Made by a program: the position numbers and the translations under genes. From assembly GCA_963806875.1 (NCBI GenBank), contig CAWDYU010000001.1, positions 783,508-847,507 on the forward strand: a stretch of 64,000 nt of DNA. The letters are read 5' to 3'. The notes under the pieces are model-generated. The model was not told where the DNA came from, made no database searches, and worked only from the letters and a program-made list of their open reading frames with translations. Each line of letters begins with the position of its first letter. Position 1 is the first letter of the stretch. The DNA comes from an uncultured Gemmatimonadales bacterium. GTDB taxonomy: Bacteria; Gemmatimonadota; Gemmatimonadetes; Gemmatimonadales; GWC2-71-9. This document shows positions 50,256 to 59,332 of this stretch, one piece after another.

Positions 50256-51263
50256 TCAGCGAGGGCGATTGATCCCCAGGGCGACCAAGACGTCATCAAT
50301 GGCCACCGCTGCGTACCGGCCCTGTGGAACGGCTCGCACCGCCCTTGCGCGCACAACTCCGATCACCTCGGCGCGATCATTGAGCAACGGGCCGCCGCGG
50401 TCGAGCGCCCCGACGGTCACGGTGGTCTGCACGACCCGAATTACTTCCGATGTACTCACGGACGCGACGACTCCCCGCGAGAGGGTTTGCGGATGGCTGA
50501 GCGCCGATCCGATACCGAACACCCTCTGTCCGGGGACAACCGTGGTGATCGACCCCATTCGCAATGGCACCAGCGAATCCAGCGAGACCTTGAGCAACAC
50601 CACGCCCACCATGGTATCCGACGCCTGCACCACCGCGCCGCTTCGCCGACCATCGGCGGTCTTGACGATGATCGCGGTCGATCCGCGCACGACATCGTAA
50701 TTCGTGAGGATCAGCCCGCTCGCCAGCACGACGAATCCACTGCCTTGCGCGTTGTCAGTCTCGATCTGCACGACCGATGGCGCGGCGATCGCGGTGACGG
50801 CTCGCACGCTCAGCGGAGTCGCTGACCTCGGTTGCAGGTCGCGGGGAAGAACCAGCGGGGGCGATGGGTCCGGCTTGAGGTAACGAATTGCAATGCCGGT
50901 GGCAGACGCGGCCGGGATGGTCATGGAACCGGTCAATGACGCGCCCTTGAACTCCGATGTCTCCCGGATGATGACGGCGTCGGCGCCCAGCGCGCGGGCC
51001 TGCGCCTGCAGCATCGGCACCAGGTCGGCGAGCTGCACGGTGTTGAACGCCGTGGCAGCGCGCTTCTGTGCCGAGACCATGCCGACTTCTTCAAAGGGAT
51101 GGTCGACCTTCTGTTCGGCGAGGTAGATGTCGATCGGGGCCGCGTCGGGCCTTGCGGCGAGCGTCTTGCTCCCGGTGCGAACACTCTGTTGAGTCGTCGC
51201 CGCACAACCGCACAGCCCAAGGACCAGGATCAGTATGGCGCCCCTCTGATGCAATGCACGCAT
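50256..51263 (-). CDS. Lipoprotein with a trypsin-like (S1C/HtrA-type) fold lacking all three catalytic residues (pseudoprotease)
   Basis: LVLGLCGC lipobox. The C-terminal half aligns to HtrA-type proteases, but TNxHVV is TNYDVV (H->D), D[IL]A[VL][IL] is GVVLL (D->G), and GNSGGPL is LDRGGPL (S->R). Confidence 0.7.
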   Translation of the reverse strand: MRALHQRGAILILVLGLCGCAATTQQSVRTGSKTLAARPDAAPIDIYLAEQKVDHPFEEVGMVSAQKRAATAFNTVQLADLVPMLQAQARALGADAVIIRETSEFKGASLTGSMTIPAASATGIAIRYLKPDPSPPLVLPRDLQPRSATPLSVRAVTAIAAPSVVQIETDNAQGSGFVVLASGLILTNYDVVRGSTAIIVKTADGRRSGAVVQASDTMVGVVLLKVSLDSLVPLRMGSITTVVPGQRVFGIGSALSHPQTLSRGVVASVSTSEVIRVVQTTVTVGALDRGGPLLNDRAEVIGVVRARAVRAVPQGRYAAVAIDDVLVALGINRPR

Positions 51264-51321
51264 GACGCCCCCATTGATTGCCGCCTGACGCAGACTGAGT
51301 CTGCGCGAATCTCCCTCGTGA

Positions 51322-53028
51322 CTACCCCTGCACGGTTGCTCGCGTCACCCGCCAGCTTCCGTTTGCGCCCTGGCTCAGCTGCAACGTGAACCGCGCAGTC
51401 TTGCGCTTCGATGACCCGAATGCCGAGCGCACCTCGACCTCACTCGAGACCGTGGCGGTGGCCTCCGAGCCGTTGACGTTCACCGACGGTGTGCCCGGCG
51501 CCCCCAGCACCAGACGCTTCTCGCGCAGCATTCGGTCGGCTGGCTGGCCATCGACCGAACCGGTGAGACCGGCGCCGTCGCCTCGGCGGAACCAGTCTCG
51601 TACTGCTGTCGCGACTTCGCGCTCCGAGTCCGCGGCGGAGTTGCGCGATGTGCCACCGTCCGACCCGCCGACCGGAGAAGGCGTGTCGGGCTTCTTCTCG
51701 GGCGCTGGCGCTGGCGTGGGCGGTGGTGCAGGTGCCGGTGCCGGTGCCGGTGTCTGCCGGCTGGGCGGAGTTTTCCGCACCGGGTCCGGCTGCCGGATGA
51801 CCTCCGGCGGTGGCGCAACCCCACTGCCTCCCACGGGCGCAGCCGGCCGCGACTGTGCGCCCGGCCCGAGCACCGGAGGTGGAATGGGGCGCGCCGACAC
51901 GGTCGGCCCGATCTCTGTCGATGGCGGCCCTTCGCTCGGAACTGCCGGCGTGTCGGTACCGCCGCTGCGCAGCACCACGCCAACGGCGAGTGCCAGCATC
52001 GCGACCGTCGACCACGTGCGCCAGTCGGTCCAGAGCCCGCCACTTGTACCACCACTCGACGACCCGGCCGCGGTCGTGTATACCGGCGCCGTTGTCGCGA
52101 CCGGAGCCGTCGCTGCGCTTCCGTCGTGCGGCGTCGCATGACGCGGCGTCGAGGCGATCCGGGTCGCGGGGGCAGGCCCGCGCGCCGCGTGTGTCTCGGT
52201 GACGACGCTCGCGGCCGCTTCCATCAGTGCATTCCGCATCGCCGCCGCCGTGGCGTATCGGTCTCCCGGCAGCTTCGACATCGCCCGGAGCACCGTGCGG
52301 TCGACCACCGCCGGCAACTCCGGGTTGCTCTCGCTCGGCGCCATCGGCGGCTCGTTCAGCTGCCGCATCATCAGCTTGTAGTCGCTGTCGGCCTCGAACG
52401 CGACCTTGCCGGTCACCAGTTCGTAGAACACGGCGCCGAGCGCGTAGAGATCGGTACGACCGTCGCACTCCTCGCCGCGCAATTGCTCCGGTGCCATGTA
52501 GGCTGGCGTGCCGACCGAGTGTCCGTGCCGGGTTTGCCTGCTGCTTCCTGCCATCCTGGCGATGCCGAAGTCCATCACCTTGGTCGCATCGCCCGGCCCG
52601 ATCATGATGTTCGCCGGCTTGATGTCGCGATGCACCACGCCATGATCGTGGGCATGGTCCAGCGCCTCGGCGACCTGTGCGCAGATCCCCGCTGCACGCC
52701 GCCAGCTCACCCGTCCGGTTCGGGCAACGAGATCCTCCAGCGTCTCTCCACGGAGGAACTCCATCACCATGTAGAACTCATCGCCGTCCCGCTCGAGCCC
52801 GTAGAGCGTTGCGATCCGCGGATGCGCCAGGCGCGCCAGCGCAATCGCCTCGGTGCGGAACCGTTCGACCAGTGCGGTCTGCCGGACGAGATCGGGGCGG
52901 AGGACCTTGATGGCGACGTCGCGGTCGAGCATCTCATCGCGGGCGCGATAGACCGTGCCCATCCCGCCCTCACCCAACCGGTCGACAATCTGGTACTTGC
53001 CGAGGGTGGTGCCACGGCGGTCGCTCAC
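51322..53028 (-). CDS. Ser/Thr protein kinase with a TM helix, Pro-rich periplasmic linker and a small C-terminal domain
   Basis: GEGGMGTVY, VAIKVL, HRDIKPANIM, DFGIA and APE motifs. TM helix WSTVAMLALAVGVVL and a PAPAPAPAPPPTPAPAP linker. The start overlaps the upstream stop (ATGA). Confidence 0.85.
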   Translation of the reverse strand: MSDRRGTTLGKYQIVDRLGEGGMGTVYRARDEMLDRDVAIKVLRPDLVRQTALVERFRTEAIALARLAHPRIATLYGLERDGDEFYMVMEFLRGETLEDLVARTGRVSWRRAAGICAQVAEALDHAHDHGVVHRDIKPANIMIGPGDATKVMDFGIARMAGSSRQTRHGHSVGTPAYMAPEQLRGEECDGRTDLYALGAVFYELVTGKVAFEADSDYKLMMRQLNEPPMAPSESNPELPAVVDRTVLRAMSKLPGDRYATAAAMRNALMEAAASVVTETHAARGPAPATRIASTPRHATPHDGSAATAPVATTAPVYTTAAGSSSGGTSGGLWTDWRTWSTVAMLALAVGVVLRSGGTDTPAVPSEGPPSTEIGPTVSARPIPPPVLGPGAQSRPAAPVGGSGVAPPPEVIRQPDPVRKTPPSRQTPAPAPAPAPPPTPAPAPEKKPDTPSPVGGSDGGTSRNSAADSEREVATAVRDWFRRGDGAGLTGSVDGQPADRMLREKRLVLGAPGTPSVNVNGSEATATVSSEVEVRSAFGSSKRKTARFTLQLSQGANGSWRVTRATVQG

Positions 53029-55206
53029 GACATCACCGGCGAGGCCTGGGTGATACTGACCGCTTCGGGGCCCGACATCGGCACCCCGAGGATCACCACG
53101 CTCACGTTGTCGGGGGCGCCGGCCTCGCGGGTTACCCTGACCAGTTCGTTGCAGGCGAGGTGTGGGGGCATCGAGTCGACCACCCGAAGGATCTCGGCCT
53201 CGGGGATGACATCATGCAACCCGTCGGACGAGAGCAGGAGTCGGTCGCCGGGGCGGATCACGAACGGTCGCGCCCAGGTCGCGACGTCGACGTCGGGGTG
53301 ACTGCCGAGTGCACGGGAAATCACGTTCTTGTCGGGATGCTCGCGCGCCTCATCGCGGGAGATGCTGCCCTCCCTCACCAGTTCCATGACGGCGCTGTGG
53401 TCCTCTGTCATCACGAAGATCTCGTTGGCGCGGATGAGGTAGCAGCGTGAGTCGCCGACATGGGCGCACCACGCGAGTCCGCCGCGCAACACGATGGCAG
53501 TGCACGTTGTGCCCATGCCGCGGAGCGCGGTGTTGCCGGCGGCAGTGTCGTAGATCTCGCGGTTGGCGCGCCGCACCGCACGTGCGAGGATCTCACCAGG
53601 GTCGCCGGTCTCCTGATATCGCTCGGCGACGGCGTCGGCGGCAATCCGGCTCGCCTGCTCGCCGCCGGCATGGCCGCCCATGCCATCGCACACCATGGCG
53701 AGCAACGCACCGTTTTCGTCGGGCGGCCGCACCACGCGCACGGTGTCCTCGTTGTTGGTGCGCTGGCAGCCCGGATCACTCGCCGTTCCTATCACCACCC
53801 GTGATTCGACACCGAGGGCATCGCCGTGAAATGCCGGACGATCGACGGTCTCCTGCGCGCGTCGCGCGGCTGATGCCTTGCGCCCCCATGGAACCCCGAA
53901 CCATGCAAAGCCGAGGAGCAGGGGCAGCAGCGGTCCGCCGTTCGAGTGCGGCCGACCACCGCTCGGCCGCAGCACGAACGAGTATTCGGAGCGTCCCTCG
54001 GTCACGTTGAAGCGCACGTCCTCGTCACGGTAACCGCTGCGCCGCAGGATCAGGTGTACTTCTGCGCCCAACGCCATCTGCAGGCGATAGGGTGTCTCTC
54101 CCACCTGCTGTCCGTCCTGCCAGACGGTGGCGGTGCCATTGATCGTGTTCACGGTGACGTTGCGCACCCGCCCAGGGGGTGTGAGGGTGGCGGGTGGTGC
54201 GGAGTCACGAACGATGCTGACAGCCATGGAATCGGCCGGGCCAGCGGGATTGCGAGACCAGAGGCCACTGAACGCGAACACGAGTGCCATTGCCGCAACG
54301 CTGCCTGCCGCCAGCAGCGGCGCGTGGCGGCTTGCCCTGGCGGCGAGTTCCGGCATGCTGACCGGTCCTGGGGCACGCTCGCCAGTGCGGATTCGCTCGA
54401 GGTCGCTGCGCAGCGTATCGAACGATCCATACCGGGCCCGCGGGTCGACCTTGAGGCATCTGCTCGACCACGGCGTCGACGAAACGCGGCAAGCCTGGGT
54501 TCGATACTGTCGGTGCCGGATAGCGGGCGGTACGGATCCGCTGGGTGATGTCCTCCACCCCTGCGGCTGCAAACGGGTGCCGCGCCGTGAGCATCTCGTA
54601 GAAGAGGACACCGAGCGCCCAGATCTCGCTCTGCATGTCGGCTGGCGCGCCCATGAGTTGTTCGGGAGCCATCGATTGCAGCGTCCCGATGACGCTTCCA
54701 TCGGCGGTGAGGGCGGGAGAATCGGGTCCCTTGGCAATCCCGAAGTCGAGCAGTTTCACTTCGCCCGACCGGGTGATCTTCACATTGCTCGACTTGATGT
54801 CCCGGTGCACCGTGCCCCGCTTGTGTAGGTAGTCGATGGCTTCCACCAGGCCCTGCATGCTGTCAACCGCTCGTGCCAGCGGCATCGGACCATGGGAGGC
54901 GAGCCACGATTCGATGGTCTTGCCATCGACGAACTCCAGCACGATCGCCGGTGTCCCGTCATGCGAAGCAAAGGCGATCATCCTGGCGATTCCGGGGTGC
55001 GCGAGAGACGAATGGATTCGCGCCTCGTTGGCGAAGCGTGCGCGAAGCGATTCCGATCCGCGCACCGCCGTGAGGATCTTCACGGCAACTTCCTGCCCCG
55101 ACTGCCGATCCACGCCGCGATAGACCTCCCCCATGCCACCGGCGCCGATGAACTCGACGAGATGCCAACTCCCGAACTGGACGTGCAGCCAGGTGCCGGT
55201 GGTCAT
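53025..55206 (-). pseudogene. Apparent single-polypeptide fusion: Ser/Thr kinase - TM - PEGA-like domain - TM - PP2C phosphatase, one frame change
   Basis: The kinase motifs (GAGGMGEVY, VAVKIL, HRDIKSSNV, DFGIAK, APE) end at ...FVDAVVEQM. An extra C near 54456 shifts the frame to LKVDPRARYGSFDTLRSDL. The sequence then runs without a stop through TM1 (LLAAGSVAAMALVFAFSGLW), a PEGA-like domain (VNTINGTATVWQDGQQVGETPY...GYRDEDVRFNV), TM2 (LLPLLLGFAWFGVPW) and a PP2C domain (NEDT, MVCDGMGGHAGGEQAS, SSDGLHD, DNVSVV). Confidence 0.7.
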
Positions 55207-55220
55207 GAGTCTTCCTCTGG

Positions 55221-56969
55221 TCAGTTCGAGTTGGGTGCGACCGACATCAACTCCATCCCGTAGCGAATCGGGAGGGAGAACGAGATCTGCACGTCGCCAG
55301 TCTTGCCGGCGAAGAAGATGCCGATCACCCGTCCGAATGCATCGAACATCGGACCGCCGCTATTGCCGCCGCCGGTCGAGTTGATGGTCAGCTGATAGGT
55401 GTCACCGCTGGAGTACTCCTGCATCGACTGGGTGGTCGGGCCGTCGGCAGCGCGCAGGATCTTGCCGATGTTGCCGACTGACACGGTCGGGTCGGGGACG
55501 ACTCGCTGCTGCGCATCACGGTTGAAGAGATCCCGTGAACGGAGGACCGCGACGACATAGTCGGATACCGACGGATACCCCATGACGGTGACCTGATCTC
55601 CGACCTTGGTTTCGTCGTATGAGTCGTACAGCTCGACCTTGGGGAGCGTGGAGGGCGCCGAGACCTTGATGAGCGCCACGTCGTGCTGGTCGCTGACTCG
55701 CTGGGTCGCAGCCTCGAGCGGAGTGGTGTTCTTGCGGAAGCGAACCATCACGTATTCCTGCCGGCCGCGGAAAACATCGAACTCGTTCTTCGGCCCGGTC
55801 TGCTTCGTCTCCGACGGGATCCAGCGGGTTGGCGGGCGCGTGAGGATGGGCTGTCCCTGCTGGTCGAACGCGACCTGCCCTCCCTGCATGACCACCCCCA
55901 CCGCGTTCGGGTCGAAGCCGTAGGGCGCGCGCCAGTTGGCGGCAACGTGGCGGTTGGTGAGGATGAAGCCGTCATTGGTCACCACAAACCCCGAACCACT
56001 TCCCGTCACGGCGATCGGCGCTCCGCTTGCAGCGTCGAGGGTGAGGGCCGGTTCGATGGCGCCGTCATCCAGCCGGACGTAGGCCGGCACCATGTCGCCG
56101 GCACCCTGCATCAGCGTGATCACACGCTTCTGGCCGTTGACCTGGACTTGCAGCTGGTTTGGCACGTAGCGGTGGAAGACCTGGGCACCGGTCGGGGCGT
56201 AGATGAGGTTCCAGGAGAAGTCCACCTGTACCACTGCGCCGGAGTTTTTCTCGGCGACCTCGGCCGGAGTCTGCATCGTGCCCAGCGCCTGCGCCCGCTC
56301 TCCTGCCTTGCCGATCGAGTCGGTACGCGCCGCGAGCAGCGCTGCCTGTCGCTTCGCTTCTTCGCCGCTGCTGTCGGCGTTCGACTTGAGGTACGCTCCG
56401 CCGGCCACGGCGAGTAGCACGACGGCGGCCACGGCCATCATCGTGGTGCGCTTTCCCTCATTGCGGGTCTCGCCGATCATCCGCTCCACCGTGGCCTTGC
56501 CGACGCTGCCGGCGGGCCGCGCTGCAGGCACGGTCTCGCCCACCGCGACACCGGCGGTGCGCGTCTCACCCGCAGTGCTCGCTGCTGCGGGCGCTGCGAG
56601 CCCGCCCAGGCGGGTGGCCTTCACGTATGCGGCGGGAAGTGGGTCGATCTCGAATCCGATCTCGGGTCCACCAGCGCCGAGCTGGATGATGTCGCCCGGT
56701 GCGAGTGGCACACTGCCGGAGATCCGGACCTTGTTGAGGAAGGTGCCGTTGCGGCTGTTGAGGTCGGTGAGGGAGAAACGGATGGGATCCTTCGGGTCCC
56801 GCACGATTCGGGCGTGCTGGCGACCGACGAGATCGTCCTTGTCGGCGTCGAACCGGACCTGGGCGATCGGGTCGCGCCCGAGGGTGAGTTCCGAGACGTC
56901 AGCGAGAGGGAATTCCTCGACCGACCCGGCTTTCGATCCCTTCATATGACGCAGGATCACACGTTCCAT
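55221..56969 (-). CDS. FHA domain - TM - trypsin-like serine protease (S1C) fusion protein
   Basis: N-terminal FHA domain (LTLGRD...VGRQHARI...LTDLNSRNGTFLN), TM helix (MMAVAAVVLLAVAGGAYL), and a periplasmic protease domain with an intact triad (TNRHVA, HDVALIKV, GGNSGGPMF). Confidence 0.85.
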   Translation of the reverse strand: MERVILRHMKGSKAGSVEEFPLADVSELTLGRDPIAQVRFDADKDDLVGRQHARIVRDPKDPIRFSLTDLNSRNGTFLNKVRISGSVPLAPGDIIQLGAGGPEIGFEIDPLPAAYVKATRLGGLAAPAAASTAGETRTAGVAVGETVPAARPAGSVGKATVERMIGETRNEGKRTTMMAVAAVVLLAVAGGAYLKSNADSSGEEAKRQAALLAARTDSIGKAGERAQALGTMQTPAEVAEKNSGAVVQVDFSWNLIYAPTGAQVFHRYVPNQLQVQVNGQKRVITLMQGAGDMVPAYVRLDDGAIEPALTLDAASGAPIAVTGSGSGFVVTNDGFILTNRHVAANWRAPYGFDPNAVGVVMQGGQVAFDQQGQPILTRPPTRWIPSETKQTGPKNEFDVFRGRQEYVMVRFRKNTTPLEAATQRVSDQHDVALIKVSAPSTLPKVELYDSYDETKVGDQVTVMGYPSVSDYVVAVLRSRDLFNRDAQQRVVPDPTVSVGNIGKILRAADGPTTQSMQEYSSGDTYQLTINSTGGGNSGGPMFDAFGRVIGIFFAGKTGDVQISFSLPIRYGMELMSVAPNSN

Positions 56970-57055
56970 GATGACGAGCCTCCAGTGGATGGGATTTGCC
57001 GGAAATCGGCGCTTCCTCCCACACGCGTCAGGGGCTCCTCAAACGGCTCATCAGC

Positions 57056-59332
57056 TCACGGTTTCGCCCCGCTGGTCTCCGGCGCATCGCGCCACCTGGC
57101 CTCGTCGGCCGGCCGACCCCACGCGCGGTACAGGGCGGCGAGCCGTTGCCGCGCCTCACGCGCCGGCTGGCTCGTGGCGCCGCGCACCTCGGCCAGTCGC
57201 CGCTCGGCGGGGAGGAGCAGGCGCTCCGCTTCGGGGTAGCTGCCTCGCTTGATCAGCGTCGCAGCGAGAACGCTACGACTCGATGACAACAACCAATGCT
57301 CCGCCGGAAACACCGCCTCGCGCAGTGCCAGGCTCTCGCGTAGCCAACGCTCGGCCACCTCGAGCGAATCGAGCTCGGCGAGCGCTCGCCCGAGGACCTG
57401 CATGCCGGTGGAGACCGCCGGGTGACTGTCGTCGAGTGTGCGGCCACGCAGTGCCAGCACCCGTCGCGCCCACACTGCCGCGTCGGCCGGGCGCCCCGAG
57501 CTGAGGAGCAGGTCGGCATAGCTGAACATCGTCCAGGCGTAATCCGGATGCTCCGCTCCGAGCAGGATCTTCCGCACCCGGAGCACTTCGCGGTAAGCCG
57601 AATCGGCGGCCTCCGGCCGGCCCATGCGTTCGAGGATGGTAGCGTAGGCGTTGAGGGTCGAGGCGTGCAGCGGGTGAATGTCGTCGAACGCCTCGGCTTC
57701 GAGTGCCAGCGCAGCGCGAAAATGGGCATCAGCCGAATCGGTCTCACCGGCCTCGCCAAAAACCGCTGCGAGGTTGTGGTGCGCGTACGCGAGCGCCGAA
57801 TCGTTGTCGGGCTCGAGTCGCCGCTGCATGGCGAGCGCCTCCACGAGAAAGGGCACCGCACCTTTTGCGTCGCCGAGCCGGCTCCGGAGTCGGCCGCGGT
57901 GGTCGAGGAATGCCACACCAGTGGGCGTCTCGGCGTCGGCGCCGGCGCCGAGCAGGTCGATCGCCACGGCAAGCACGGAGTCGGCGCGTTCGAGTTCGCC
58001 GTCGAGTTCGAGCGCCGTGCTGAGGTTGGCCAGCGCCGCTGCCAGGCGTTCATGATCCGGCGGGTCGAGGCGTCGCGCCGCGTCCACCGCTCGATGGGAC
58101 TGGTCGATCGCGAGCGCGAACTCGCCGAGTGTCAGGTAGGTGTTGGAGAGGACGTGACGAACCCGCACTTCGAGGTCGGGTTGATCTTTCAGGGAATCGG
58201 CGCGCAGTGCCGCGGTGTCGAGCACCTCACGCATCGTGATGTCGCGGCCGAGCTGACCCGGGTCCGGCGCCGCAAGCATCGATGTGAAGAACGCAGTCAC
58301 CGCCGTTGCCTGCTCGCGCTCGTGCACGGCACGAGTGGCCTGACGACGCGTGGCGACGACGCCCCAGCTGAGCGAACCGAGCACGAGAACGCGCGGCAAC
58401 GAGTTCAAGCCGACGCCGACGAATGAACTTCGTCAGGCGATAGCCGGCTCTATCGGGACGGGCAGCAACCGGAAGTCCATCGAGATGCCGCTCGATATCG
58501 TCGGCGAAGCGCGCCACGGTACCGTAGCGACGGTCGGGATCTTTCCGGAGTGCCATCAGCATGATGGCGTCGAGATCGCCGCGCAGCCGCCGTGCACCTG
58601 CGACAGTGCTGGGACGGGGGGAGCTTCGTGGCAGACGATCGCCTCGATCTCCGTCCGCATCCTGCCATGGAGGTCGAACGGGCGACGTCCGGTCAACAGC
58701 TCGTAGAGGATCACGCCGAGCGCATAGACATCGGTCGCAGGGCTGGCGGGGAGCCCGCGCAGCTGCTCCGGCGCGGCATACTCGGGTGTCAGCCCCGGTT
58801 GATCGCCTTGCGTGAGCGGCAGCTGGCCGCTTCCCTCGTCCTCCCGAAGGAGCCGGGCGATCCCGAAGTCGAGCAGCTTGACCGTACCAGCCTCGGTCAC
58901 GAGGATGTTGCCAGGCTTGAGGTCGCGGTGCACGACCAGCTGCTGGTGGGCATGCTGTACCGCAGCGGTGACCTGGAGAAAGAGTACCAGCCGTTGGCGA
59001 AGCGTCAGCTTGCGCGCGTCGGCCCAGGTGGTGAGTGGCGCTCCGTCGACATACTCCATGGCGAAGTACGGCTGGCCGTCGACCGTGATCCCGCCGTCGA
59101 TCAGCGCGGCAATGTTGGGATGGTCGAGGGCGGCGAGAATCGTTCGCTCGTAACGGAACCGCCTGACTGCGAGATCACCCTCGGCGCTCGCCCGCATGAG
59201 CTTGATCGCCACGCGATGCTCGAACTCGGTGTCTGCGCGTGCAGCCTCGTACACCGACCCCATCCCACCGGTACCGATCTGTCGCACCAACTGATATGGG
59301 CCGATCCGCATGTTGAGGGCGGGATCGTTCAT
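57056..59332 (-). pseudogene. Ser/Thr protein kinase - TM - TPR repeat protein (downstream paralog), 2 frame changes
   Basis: MNDPALNMRIGPYQLVRQIGTGGMGSVYEA..HRDLKPGNILV..DFGIA. Shifts lie near 58590 and 58400. The rest is collinear with the intact paralog at 59332-61803 (RRLRGDLDAIMLMALRKDPDRRY..., AVTAFFTSMLAAPDPGQLGRDITMREVLD..., TPR repeats). The ATG overlaps the upstream stop (TGATG). Confidence 0.75.

Noticed and set aside
51700-51790. Tandem GGTGCC/GGTGCCGGTGCC repeats resembling a VNTR or a spacer-less repeat array. Similar low-complexity DNA occurs at 18085-18135 and 20690-20830.
   Set aside because: They encode the Pro/Ala linker (PAPAPAPAPP) of the 51322-53028 kinase, the polyproline rod of TonB, and the Gly/Thr linker of the second TonB. 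This is coding low complexity, not a CRISPR or non-coding repeat array.
48925-57000. The FHA / Ser-Thr kinase / PP2C set could be the post-translational regulator of a type VI secretion system, or the actinobacterial-type cell-division (FhaAB-PstP-PknAB) cluster.
   Set aside because: No T6SS structural genes (TssB/C, Hcp, VgrG, TssM) and no RodA/PBP genes occur anywhere in the window. The FHA protein here is fused to a protease, unlike Fha1 or FhaA/B.
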